Below, one piece after another: positions 9,803 to 18,500 of a stretch of DNA of 31,427 nt. Below the pieces are notes generated by a model that was not told where the DNA came from, ran no database searches, and saw only the letters and a program-made list of their open reading frames with translations. This DNA is from a virus (Duplodnaviria; Heunggongvirae; Uroviricota; Caudoviricetes), in the IMG/VR virus record IMGVR_UViG_3300005805_000054, positions 1-31,427 of that record. One strand, 5' to 3'. The first letter of the stretch is position 1. Every line of letters begins with the position of its first letter. A program made the translations under genes and the position numbers.

Positions 9803-10188
9803 GCCAAACAACAACATTAGTATTGTTGCCACAAACAACATGGAACGGTAATGTTTCCAACGTACAGATATATGATGTTGTTGGTTTAAAGAACCCAGCC
9901 GCTTCATACTATGTTGGTAGCAAAGACTTACAAACCATCAACGTTAATCAAGTTGGATTGACTGGCAACATAATCGTCCAAGCAACATTAGCAACACTTC
10001 CTGAAACCACTGATTGGTTTCAAGTTTATAAACTAGAAGCTAATGCAGGCGCGCCAGCAAACACTACACCTAATTTTAATTCTTCCATCAACGAAGCTGT
10101 TAATATTGAAGGAAACTTTGTATGGATGAGAGCTATAATACAAGACTTCAATGGTGGCATATTACAATACGTTAAGCTATCGTATTAA
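9799..10188 (+). CDS. Hypothetical beta-rich protein, possibly virion-associated
   Basis: ORF track; N/T/V/G-rich composition. Confidence 0.65.
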   Translation: MSQTTTLVLLPQTTWNGNVSNVQIYDVVGLKNPAASYYVGSKDLQTINVNQVGLTGNIIVQATLATLPETTDWFQVYKLEANAGAPANTTPNFNSSINEAVNIEGNFVWMRAIIQDFNGGILQYVKLSY

Positions 10189-10848
10189 TTTACAATTTTG
10201 TCCATGCCATCTAGCATAAGTTCCGGGATTTGCTAATTTACCGCAATGTTCGCACTTATGGTTGCTTGCATGGATTTTTCTATATTTGTCAGTTAACTCT
10301 GCTGATCTGTTAGAATGAAACTCACTTGCGGCTAATCGCTTTTCTACTGGTACAAATTGACCCTTATTTGCCTCTCGTATCTTATCAGTTGAGTTTGATG
10401 AATGTTTTTTGCCGGTCATTCCTGATGTTTTCCCACGTTTTACAATAGCATTATCATATATTTTTCTTACATTTGGATCATGCATAGGATTATTATTTTT
10501 CATCCTTATGGAATGTGTTTTTGAAAATTGTTCTCTTAATGAAGAATATTGTCTAGCATTTAATTTTTTTCTTGTTTGGTTATTATTTTCTAAGTTAGCC
10601 ATAGACCAAGCGGCACTAATCATTTTTGATTTGAATTTGCCCTCTGTCATTCTAACTAATAAAAGATGACAAATTAAATGCTCCCTACCAGTTAACCACA
10701 CTAAATTGTCAACAGAATTGGTTCCACCTAAACTTTTGGGTATAATATGATGTCGTTCTTTATATACTTCTTTGGGTAAAATTCTATTTCTAGAGTTATC
10801 TATTATACGATAATAGATGGAAGTATACTTGTTGTTGATAAATATCAT
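10177..10848 (-). CDS. Free-standing HNH homing endonuclease with NUMOD3-like motif and C-terminal CCHC finger
   Basis: ERHHIIPKSLGGTNSVDNLVWLTGREHLICH; GMTGKKHSSNSTDKIREAN; CEHC-x12-H-x3-C tail. Confidence 0.85.
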   Translation of the reverse strand: MIFINNKYTSIYYRIIDNSRNRILPKEVYKERHHIIPKSLGGTNSVDNLVWLTGREHLICHLLLVRMTEGKFKSKMISAAWSMANLENNNQTRKKLNARQYSSLREQFSKTHSIRMKNNNPMHDPNVRKIYDNAIVKRGKTSGMTGKKHSSNSTDKIREANKGQFVPVEKRLAASEFHSNRSAELTDKYRKIHASNHKCEHCGKLANPGTYARWHGQNCKLIR

Positions 10849-10915
10849 TGCTGATGCTCCTATACAGTGTTAGAGTGAGTGGGGATTGCAGTCCCGCGAC
10901 TCACACTTATTTATC
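10849..10915 (-). promoter_or_regulatory. GATAAATA motif plus conserved stem-loop leader, copy 3
   Basis: Reverse complement reads gataaata-agt-GTGAGT-cgc-GGGA-ctgcaa-TCCC-c-ACTCAC-tct-aacactgtataggagcatcagca-ATG. Confidence 0.8.
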
Positions 10916-10934
10916 AAATTTTACTAAATACTAT

Positions 10935-12452
10935 ATGAGTAAACAAATTGTAATTATTCCGGGGGGCTTCCATCCCTACCACGCAGGCCATTATGCTTTA
11001 TATCAGTCAGCCCGCAAAGCATTCCCTGATGCTGATTTATATGTTGCGGCAACAAACAGTCAAGAGACACGACCTTTTCCTTTTGCAGTAAAAGAAAAAC
11101 TAGCAAAAGTTGCTGGCGTTGCTCCTGGTCATTTTGTTCAAGTTAAGAGTCCTTTCCAAGCTAAAGAGATTACACAAAACTATGATCCAGAACAAGATAT
11201 ATTGATTTTTGTTCGTAGTGAGAAGGATCGCAATGAAAGTCCTAAGCCAGGTGGCATGAAGAAAGATGGTACACCTGCTTACTTCCAACCATATACTGGT
11301 AAAGACATGCAACCTTTTGCTAAACATGCATACTTTGCTTATCTACCAACAGTTGAGTTTGGTCCTGGTATTACAAGTGCGACAGAGATTCGCAATGCAT
11401 GGCCTAAGTTAGATGACCGTCGCAAGACAGCAATGGTTATGAGTTTGTATCCAGCGACACAAAAGAATCCTAAACTTGCCGCTAATGTTGTTAAGATGTT
11501 AGATATTGGTATGGGTGGACAAGAAAATGTGGCGAAGGACAATTTGGCAGAAGAACAAGTTACCGAATTGGATGTTAGCAAAACATTGAAATTTGCCACT
11601 AAGGCGCACAAAGGACAACAATACGGGGAGAAGCCATATATTACTCATCCAAGATCAGTTGCTGCCACAGGTAAGAAATTTTTTGGCGCAGCATTTACAC
11701 CAGATGCTATTAAAGTGGCATTACTACATGATGTCGTAGAAGATACTCCTTATAAGTTAAATCAGTTATCCAAGATGGGGTACACTCCGGAAGTTGTAGA
11801 AGCTGTACAATTGTTAACGAAGAATAAAGCATTGAGTTATGCAGACAACATCAAGGCAATTATTGCTAGTGATAATAAACTAGCAATGATGGTCAAGTAT
11901 GCCGACAACTATCAAAACTTTACAGGTGATAAGTCGTCTTGGGATCCTGAAAGAGTAGCACATAGTCAAAAGAAATATCTAGCAAGTTTAGATATGCTAG
12001 GAGACAAGTTAGGTATTAAACAACATCTAAGCCAACCTAAACAGCAAGGTGTGGCGGAAGGCAAACAAATTTGGGACGGTACAGATTGGGGACCACAAGG
12101 TAACTTTGCAGGTGACACTCCAGTTAATCTCGGTGGGCAACCAGTTAATAAACTTCAAGTCGGTGACATTGTAACTTACTTTGGACAAAAAGCAAGAATA
12201 GAGGCTATGTCTAAAACTGGTAATACTTCTCGCATCACTATTGCAAACAAAATGGGCGGCATTACCCAAGATGTACTCACACGTGATTTAAAACGTACAG
12301 GTATGTCAGAAGAAATTGGCAGAGCAGGTGGTGGTTTTGGCACAAACTATCCAGGCACTTACGAAGAAGAAAACGGCCCGTTTACCCATAAGGGCGGATT
12401 AAAACTTACATCTCTTACTACAGAGAGCGTAGATTACTTAGACGAAAAATAA
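10935..12452 (+). CDS. Multi-module protein: HIGH-type cytidylyltransferase-like domain, RelA/SpoT-type HD hydrolase domain and small C-terminal modules
   Basis: PGGFHPYHAGH; AHKGQQYGEKPYITHP..VA...ALLHDVVEDT...KYADN; QGVAEG repeat at 12045. Likely start 10935 after CTAAATA. Confidence 0.8.
   Translation: MSKQIVIIPGGFHPYHAGHYALYQSARKAFPDADLYVAATNSQETRPFPFAVKEKLAKVAGVAPGHFVQVKSPFQAKEITQNYDPEQDILIFVRSEKDRNESPKPGGMKKDGTPAYFQPYTGKDMQPFAKHAYFAYLPTVEFGPGITSATEIRNAWPKLDDRRKTAMVMSLYPATQKNPKLAANVVKMLDIGMGGQENVAKDNLAEEQVTELDVSKTLKFATKAHKGQQYGEKPYITHPRSVAATGKKFFGAAFTPDAIKVALLHDVVEDTPYKLNQLSKMGYTPEVVEAVQLLTKNKALSYADNIKAIIASDNKLAMMVKYADNYQNFTGDKSSWDPERVAHSQKKYLASLDMLGDKLGIKQHLSQPKQQGVAEGKQIWDGTDWGPQGNFAGDTPVNLGGQPVNKLQVGDIVTYFGQKARIEAMSKTGNTSRITIANKMGGITQDVLTRDLKRTGMSEEIGRAGGGFGTNYPGTYEEENGPFTHKGGLKLTSLTTESVDYLDEK
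12045..12062 (+). repeat. Outlying copy of the QGVAEG repeat
   Basis: CAAGGTGTGGCGGAAGGC, identical to the array consensus. Confidence 0.9.
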
Positions 12453-12508
12453 AAATATTTTGACCCCTCTTATCTAGTGTAAATATTTACATCATTTAAG
12501 AGGACCAA

Positions 12509-13417
12509 ATGGCAACTAAAAAAACCAAAGCAACTACTGAAGCAAAAACTGTACCTGTAGAGAAGGTACAAGAAATAGCCGCACAAGCGGCAGCAAATCC
12601 ACCAGAAGCCCCGGCAGCAGGACAAGTACAAGTTAACGTAGATTTTCTACGCACAACACGGGTACACATTGCAATGCCATGTTATGGTGGTATGTTGACT
12701 GAATCAACATTTATGTCATTCATCAAGTGGGCTAATACTGCTCGTCAACTCGGTATTGATTGGACATTAGAAACAATGGTTAATGAATCACTCATTAGCC
12801 GAGCACGTAATACACTAACTGCAAAGTTCTTGGACATGCCAGATGCAACACACTTGTTCTTTGTTGACGCTGACATTGGTTGGGAGCCATGGCACTTGTT
12901 AGTATTACTAAACCGTGACGTTGATGTTATTGGTGGACTATACCCAATGAAGACTATGCCTATCAAGTGGGTAGTTAATGGATTTGAAGGTGCTGAAGAA
13001 GGACCAGATGGATTACAAGAAGTATCTAAAGCTGGTACAGGTTTCTTATTAATGAAGAAGCATGTATTTGAAAAGCTTAAGTCTCATCCAGCAGTTAAGC
13101 AGTACAAGAATGACATTGGATTAGATCCAAAGTTTGACCAACACTTGAAGACCTACTTTGATACAGCAGTTCGTCAGAATCGTTACTACAGTGAAGACTG
13201 GACATTCTGTGAAAACTGGCGTGACATGGGCGGTAAGATTTGGATGGACAAGCGTGTATTATTACGTCACTCCGGATCATATGTATTCTGCATGGAAAAT
13301 CAACAACACTTGATGAACACAATCGGACCTATGTATGTTGAAGAACAGAAACAAAAGTCAGCACAGCAACCTGTTGTACCGGATGCTACTGGAAATGTTA
13401 CATTGAGTATTACTTAA
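12509..13417 (+). CDS. GT-A-fold glycosyltransferase-like protein
   Basis: IAMPCYGG, ESLISRARN, FFVDAD (DxD), GTGFLL, YSEDWTFC motifs. Confidence 0.7.
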   Translation: MATKKTKATTEAKTVPVEKVQEIAAQAAANPPEAPAAGQVQVNVDFLRTTRVHIAMPCYGGMLTESTFMSFIKWANTARQLGIDWTLETMVNESLISRARNTLTAKFLDMPDATHLFFVDADIGWEPWHLLVLLNRDVDVIGGLYPMKTMPIKWVVNGFEGAEEGPDGLQEVSKAGTGFLLMKKHVFEKLKSHPAVKQYKNDIGLDPKFDQHLKTYFDTAVRQNRYYSEDWTFCENWRDMGGKIWMDKRVLLRHSGSYVFCMENQQHLMNTIGPMYVEEQKQKSAQQPVVPDATGNVTLSIT

Positions 13418-13422
13418 AAACT

Positions 13423-13442
13423 AGCCCCGAAAGGGGCTTTTT
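13423..13442 (+). terminator. Intrinsic terminator
   Basis: AGCCCC-GAAA-GGGGCT followed by a T run, just after the stop at 13417. Confidence 0.85.
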
Positions 13443-13478
13443 AACGGTTATAATAAATACAATAAAGGAGACAACACT

Positions 13479-13571
13479 ATGTCTTGGTTCAGACACAAAC
13501 CACCAAAGTACCCACCGCACCGAGAGCCCGTTAAAGAACCCGTTCCTGAAAACAATAAGCCTACTAAGTAA
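13479..13571 (+). CDS. 30-aa Pro/Lys-rich peptide
   Basis: ATAAATA at 13453-13459, AAAGGAG Shine-Dalgarno, MSWFRHKPPKYPPHREPVKEPVPENNKPTK*. Confidence 0.55.
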   Translation: MSWFRHKPPKYPPHREPVKEPVPENNKPTK

Positions 13572-13588
13572 GTATTGATAAATACTTA

Positions 13589-14560
13589 ATGAACTTAAAA
13601 GAGCTTTATTCTTTCAAAATATCCGACGCCGTCACTTTCCATGACAAGCTAAATCCTGCATTGTGGGCAGGTACTAAATTGCGTCCTGAAGTTAAAAATC
13701 AACTAGAAGAAATAGCAAAAGACTTCTTGGAAGAAATGGGAATTCACGACTTAGATGTAAGAGATATTACTATATCCGGGTCTAATGCCGCATACAGTTA
13801 TACAAAACACAGTGACTTAGATTTACATCTCTTAGTCAATATCGCAGATTTACCCAACAATGAAATTTACCGTGAATTCTTTGACGCCAAGAAGTCATTA
13901 TATAACGATTCACATGATATAACTATTCACGGAGTTCCTGTAGAATTATATGTACAAGATGCCGCACAACCATCTGTTACATTAGGTGAGTATAGTTTGA
14001 AAGATGATAAGTGGTTACGAGTTCCTACAAAGCGCAGAGCTAACTTTGACCAATCAGCTACAAGATTGAAGTATGAAAAATTACTTGACATTGTAGAAAG
14101 AGCATTAGATTCAAAGAACTTAACCAAAATTCAAAAAGTATTAAAGAAGATTAAGCAATATCGTCAAGCTGGATTAGATAAAGGTGGCGAGTTTGGTCCT
14201 GAGAATCTAGCATTCAAAGCATTGCGTAGTCGGGGATATATTACTAAACTATATGATTTGCGTGATAAGTTACATAGTGAACATTTAACTATTGAAACTA
14301 TGTATCAAGATCCTGCTAAGATAATTGAAGATAATTTAGTAGATGATTTAGCAAATGAGTTTAGCCAATACCAAACAACCAGTGTAGGTGAATCTAGTGG
14401 CTATATTCCTAGCAATGCACAGAAAAATGACCCACGTTTTAAGACAGCATTGACAGTGGATGTTCACCCGGACAGTATCAAAAAGAACGCAAAAGCGTTT
14501 AGCTGGCTCATTAGTAGAGCCGGAATCCCACCAATAGCAAAGCCCTCAGGCAAAATCTGA
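13589..14560 (+). CDS. Pol-beta-superfamily nucleotidyltransferase with an appended C-terminal module
   Basis: ISGSNAAYSYTKHSDLDLH (GS...DxD) and VELYVQD. Confidence 0.8.
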   Translation: MNLKELYSFKISDAVTFHDKLNPALWAGTKLRPEVKNQLEEIAKDFLEEMGIHDLDVRDITISGSNAAYSYTKHSDLDLHLLVNIADLPNNEIYREFFDAKKSLYNDSHDITIHGVPVELYVQDAAQPSVTLGEYSLKDDKWLRVPTKRRANFDQSATRLKYEKLLDIVERALDSKNLTKIQKVLKKIKQYRQAGLDKGGEFGPENLAFKALRSRGYITKLYDLRDKLHSEHLTIETMYQDPAKIIEDNLVDDLANEFSQYQTTSVGESSGYIPSNAQKNDPRFKTALTVDVHPDSIKKNAKAFSWLISRAGIPPIAKPSGKI

Positions 14561-14604
14561 TAATGTAGTATTTTGATAAATACTAGATAACTTTGGAATT
14601 CGCT

Positions 14605-15567
14605 ATGAAAATTAATCAAATCGTACAAGAAACTACTACTTCAGGGTCAGTTGCCCCAGTAGAACATGGTTTCGTCAAAATGCAGTCTCGCAGTCCTAGT
14701 GTTTATGGAAACACAAAAGCAGGATCATTATTCAAGGGTAAGAAAACTAATAAGCCATACGGTAACAGTCTCAACGAAGGTGCAATGAAGCAACTATCAA
14801 TGGACTTAAAAGGTGGTGCAGATGGACTATCCGATCAAGAATTTCAAAAGAAATACAAGATGAGTAAGCAAGCTGCCCGTCAAGAGTTAGCTTCCAACAG
14901 AAAACAATCTAAACCAGAACCAGTACAAGAGGCTAGATTAGAAGAAGATGATATAATTCAAATGCCCGGTAGAGGTTCTAAACGCAAAACTGGATTTGTA
15001 CCAAAAGGTCAAAGTCGGGTAGACCATGAAGTTGAAATGGCTCGTAGTGATGTATTGGCAACAATGAAAAACGCAAAAGCAATTTATCAATTACTACAAA
15101 ACCGCGGTGAAGATGAGGGTCTTGAAGGATGGGTACAAGAAAAATTAATCAAAGCAAATGACTATCTAAATGCTGTCAAAGAATACTATGACGAAAAAAT
15201 GATGGAACAGGGCGCCGGTGTTATTGCTGCAGGCGGCGTAGGTGAAGGTAGAGCCACATACGGCCCAGTCACCGATGCACACAAAGCCTCTTCAAAGAAA
15301 GTGTTTTCAGCTGGGGTAAAAGATGGCAAAGCTGGTGCAGAGAAAAACAAACAACACATGGCCAATGCATTGATGAAAACAACTTATCTCAATGGGTACA
15401 AACAGGGTGAGAAAAGTGTGGCGGAAGGAGCTAAAGTAGATAGAATGGTTAAGCACATTGCCAAATCAGAACGTAAGCTAGGCAAAAGCAAAGACGAAGC
15501 CGAAAACATCGCCTGGGCAACTGCTAACAAGCGTGGCATGTTAGACAACAAGAACAAGAAAGCGTGA
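14605..15567 (+). CDS. Modular hypothetical protein (hydrophobic-x-E delimited segments), possibly virion-internal
   Basis: Starts MKINQIVQE; segments end in LNE, VQE, MME, VGE and SVAE; repeat variant AGTGTGGCGGAAGGA at 15415-15429. Confidence 0.7.
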   Translation: MKINQIVQETTTSGSVAPVEHGFVKMQSRSPSVYGNTKAGSLFKGKKTNKPYGNSLNEGAMKQLSMDLKGGADGLSDQEFQKKYKMSKQAARQELASNRKQSKPEPVQEARLEEDDIIQMPGRGSKRKTGFVPKGQSRVDHEVEMARSDVLATMKNAKAIYQLLQNRGEDEGLEGWVQEKLIKANDYLNAVKEYYDEKMMEQGAGVIAAGGVGEGRATYGPVTDAHKASSKKVFSAGVKDGKAGAEKNKQHMANALMKTTYLNGYKQGEKSVAEGAKVDRMVKHIAKSERKLGKSKDEAENIAWATANKRGMLDNKNKKA

Positions 15568-15568
15568 T

Positions 15569-18500
15569 ATGAGCAATATTCTAAAAGGTTTACAACTAAA
15601 CGAATTATCTAATAAGAAGTTAGGTGACTATAAAACAGCCGCAGGTGCTGATGCTACTGCCGCTGACAAGGCAGGTGACTATAAGCGCGGTGATAAGCGT
15701 ATGAGCGGTATCATCAAAGCAACTAAAAAAGAATTTGCTAATGATGAGAAGAAAAAAGATGTGACAGAGAGTGTTGCAGAAACTTTACCAATGGATGATG
15801 CTATGAAAGTATTGCGTCAATATGGGGCAGATCACTTCAAAACAACCAGCAACGAATTGCATTTTTATAAAAACGGCAGACCACTAAGTGTTGACCTAAT
15901 TTGGGGCAACGAGGGCGAAAGAAGTGTGAATTTGAGCCAGTTAAATTCAGCTACTCGTCAACTAAAAGGGCAAGGTGTGGCGGAAGCAGGCATGCCATTT
16001 CGTGGAGTAGGTGGAGCATTTAACCGCGGTGATGACGAGCGTCACGATCTAGATCCATCTGAGTGGTACATTGTTAAAGATGGTAAGATGTACAAAACAT
16101 CTGTATACCCTAATCAAGTACAACAAGCAATAGCACAAGGTTATAGTCGTAGTAGAGAAGAAGCTAAAGCTAAAGCAGATCGTCAAGGTGTAGCGGAAGG
16201 CTCTGACAATCAAGAAATTGGCCAACAAATGGCCAATGATGGAGTCACTTATAGCCCAGCAAAAGAAAATGAAATTATTAACTTAATGGCTCAATATATG
16301 CAAAAGGCAGGTATGAGTTCAAAACAAATTCGTTATCTATTGAGCTACGATGAGGATTATGTTGGCGATCAATTAAGTTTCTTGCCTAGGCAAAAGGTGA
16401 CAGAGGATCAACTAGATGAATTGAAATGCTGGTCAGGGTATCATAGAGTTGCCGGTACAAAAGCAGGCTTTCCGGGTAGTTGTGCAAAAAATAAAACAAA
16501 TGAAGAAGGTGTGGCGGAAGGCTCCGAAGAAGATATGAGTAAAGAAGTCAAGGCAATGGCCACAGGTACCTGCCCACATTGCCATGGTCCTGTAAAGAAA
16601 AAAGAACACCCAACGCTAACACAATATCATTGTGCTAAATGCGGTATACGGGGAAGTATTGACAAGCAAGGTGTGGCGGAAGGCTCCAGTGATACTGTCT
16701 ATCCCAACGCAGAAGTAATCAAGTCAAAAAATGGCAAGCCAGTAGGCGAAATTTATCAAGACGGTAATAGTTGGGGTGCTTTTCACTATCGTGCAGACCG
16801 TGGATATGATTTAATCGACAGTAGAGAAGATGCCATAGAAGCACTCCGAGACCTACATCAAGAAACAGGTCGTAGTCGTCCAGACTATACTATCAAAGGT
16901 GTGGCGGAAGCAACAGGCGATGAAAAATTTGATAAAATGATTAAGGGTATCACCGGTAAAAAAGCAGTAGCTAAACAACAAAAAATAGATACAAAGCAAC
17001 AGGCACGTGATGCGTTTGGTGGTATGTTTGGTGGAGGTAATCCTGCTGATAAACTTGGCATTAGAAAGAAAGGTGTGGCGGAAATGGACAAATCACAAAC
17101 TCCTCCAGGCCGTGATGGCAGCAACGATCCCGACGCCGGCAAAAAAGAATACACTGCAAAAGTAACTACACCTGAAAAAATAGCCAAACATGGCAAAGAG
17201 ATTCTAAACAAAGTGTTAAACAAAAAGCAAGGTGTGGCGGAGGCTACAGGCGATGCAAAATTTGATACTATGATGGGCAATATAGCAAAACCGTCAGCCG
17301 TAAAAGCACTCGGTAGAGAAGAAAAGGTTTATGAACTAATAAGGAAATACTTCTGGCACAAGCGCAGAGCAGACCTGGGTTCAGCAGTAACAAGTGAACA
17401 CGGACATGATCGCATGGTACAGAAAGTATTGATGGCCCTAAAGAAAATGAATGTAGATTTATCTACCATGGACCCATCAAAACTAAAAGCGATCAAAGGC
17501 GAAGTATACGAGCAAGGTGTAGCGGAAGGCTCCAAAGAAGATATGAGTAAAGAAGTCAAGGCAATGGCCACAGGCACTTGCCCACATTGCCATGGTCCTG
17601 TAAAGAAAAAAGAACACCCAACGCTGACACAATATCACTGCCCTAAATGCGGTATAAGAGCAAGTCAAGACAAGCAAGGTGTGGCGGAAGGCTCCACCTT
17701 TCCCGGTCCACTTAGTGGTCGTGAATGGTCAAAAGTTGGTAGACAAATAAAGTCATCTCAGGGTCGTGATAGCAGTGTTACAAGTCCACATCAACGAAAA
17801 GATTGGTACAATCCAAAAGATCCAAGAAGTAGCAAACAGCAAAAATTGGACTATTTAAAATCTATGAAGGCAAAACAAGGTGTGGCGGAAGAACAACATA
17901 GTTGCCCACATTGCGGCGGCGAGATGGTTAGTGAAGAACTAATGAACGAAAAGAAAGATGCTTGCTACTATAAAGTTAAGAGCCGTTATAAAGTATGGCC
18001 AAGTGCTTATGCCAGTGGTGCATTAGTTAAGTGCCGTAAGAGTGGAGCAGATAGTTGGGGCGATGGCGGCAAGAAGAATGAAAGTTCTATACTAGAAGGC
18101 ATTGAACAAGTAGACGAGAACTTACACAAGTGGTTCAAAGAGAAGTGGGTTCGTTTTGGTCCTGATGGTAAGATTCGCGGCGACTGTGCTAGAGGTGATG
18201 ACAGTGAAGGTAAACCAAAGTGTTTGCCACAAAGTAAAGCACAGAACTTAGGTAAAGAAGGTCGTGCAAGTGCAGCCGCAAGAAAGCGTAGAGAAGATCC
18301 TAATCCAGAACGTAGTGGTAAGGCTATCAATGTTAACACTAAAAAGAAATCTAACGAAGGTGTGGCGGAAGGCTTGGATAAACCCAGAGAAGCAGGTAAA
18401 GCAATACAGAGTTTGAAAAATCTTGCAATTATGAAGTCTGCTCTTACGATGCAACAGTTATCTCAGGCAGGAAGAGAATCTATTGTTACCAATGCAATCA

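Noticed and set aside
12479-12490. Palindrome GTAAATATTTAC upstream of the GT-A gene as an operator
   Set aside because: Single occurrence, very AT-rich, and largely explained by an overlapping TAAATA promoter motif.
15430-15545. ChaB-like call for the last module of the 14605 gene (EAENIAWATANKR)
   Set aside because: The resemblance rests on one short motif and is too weak to list without a profile search.
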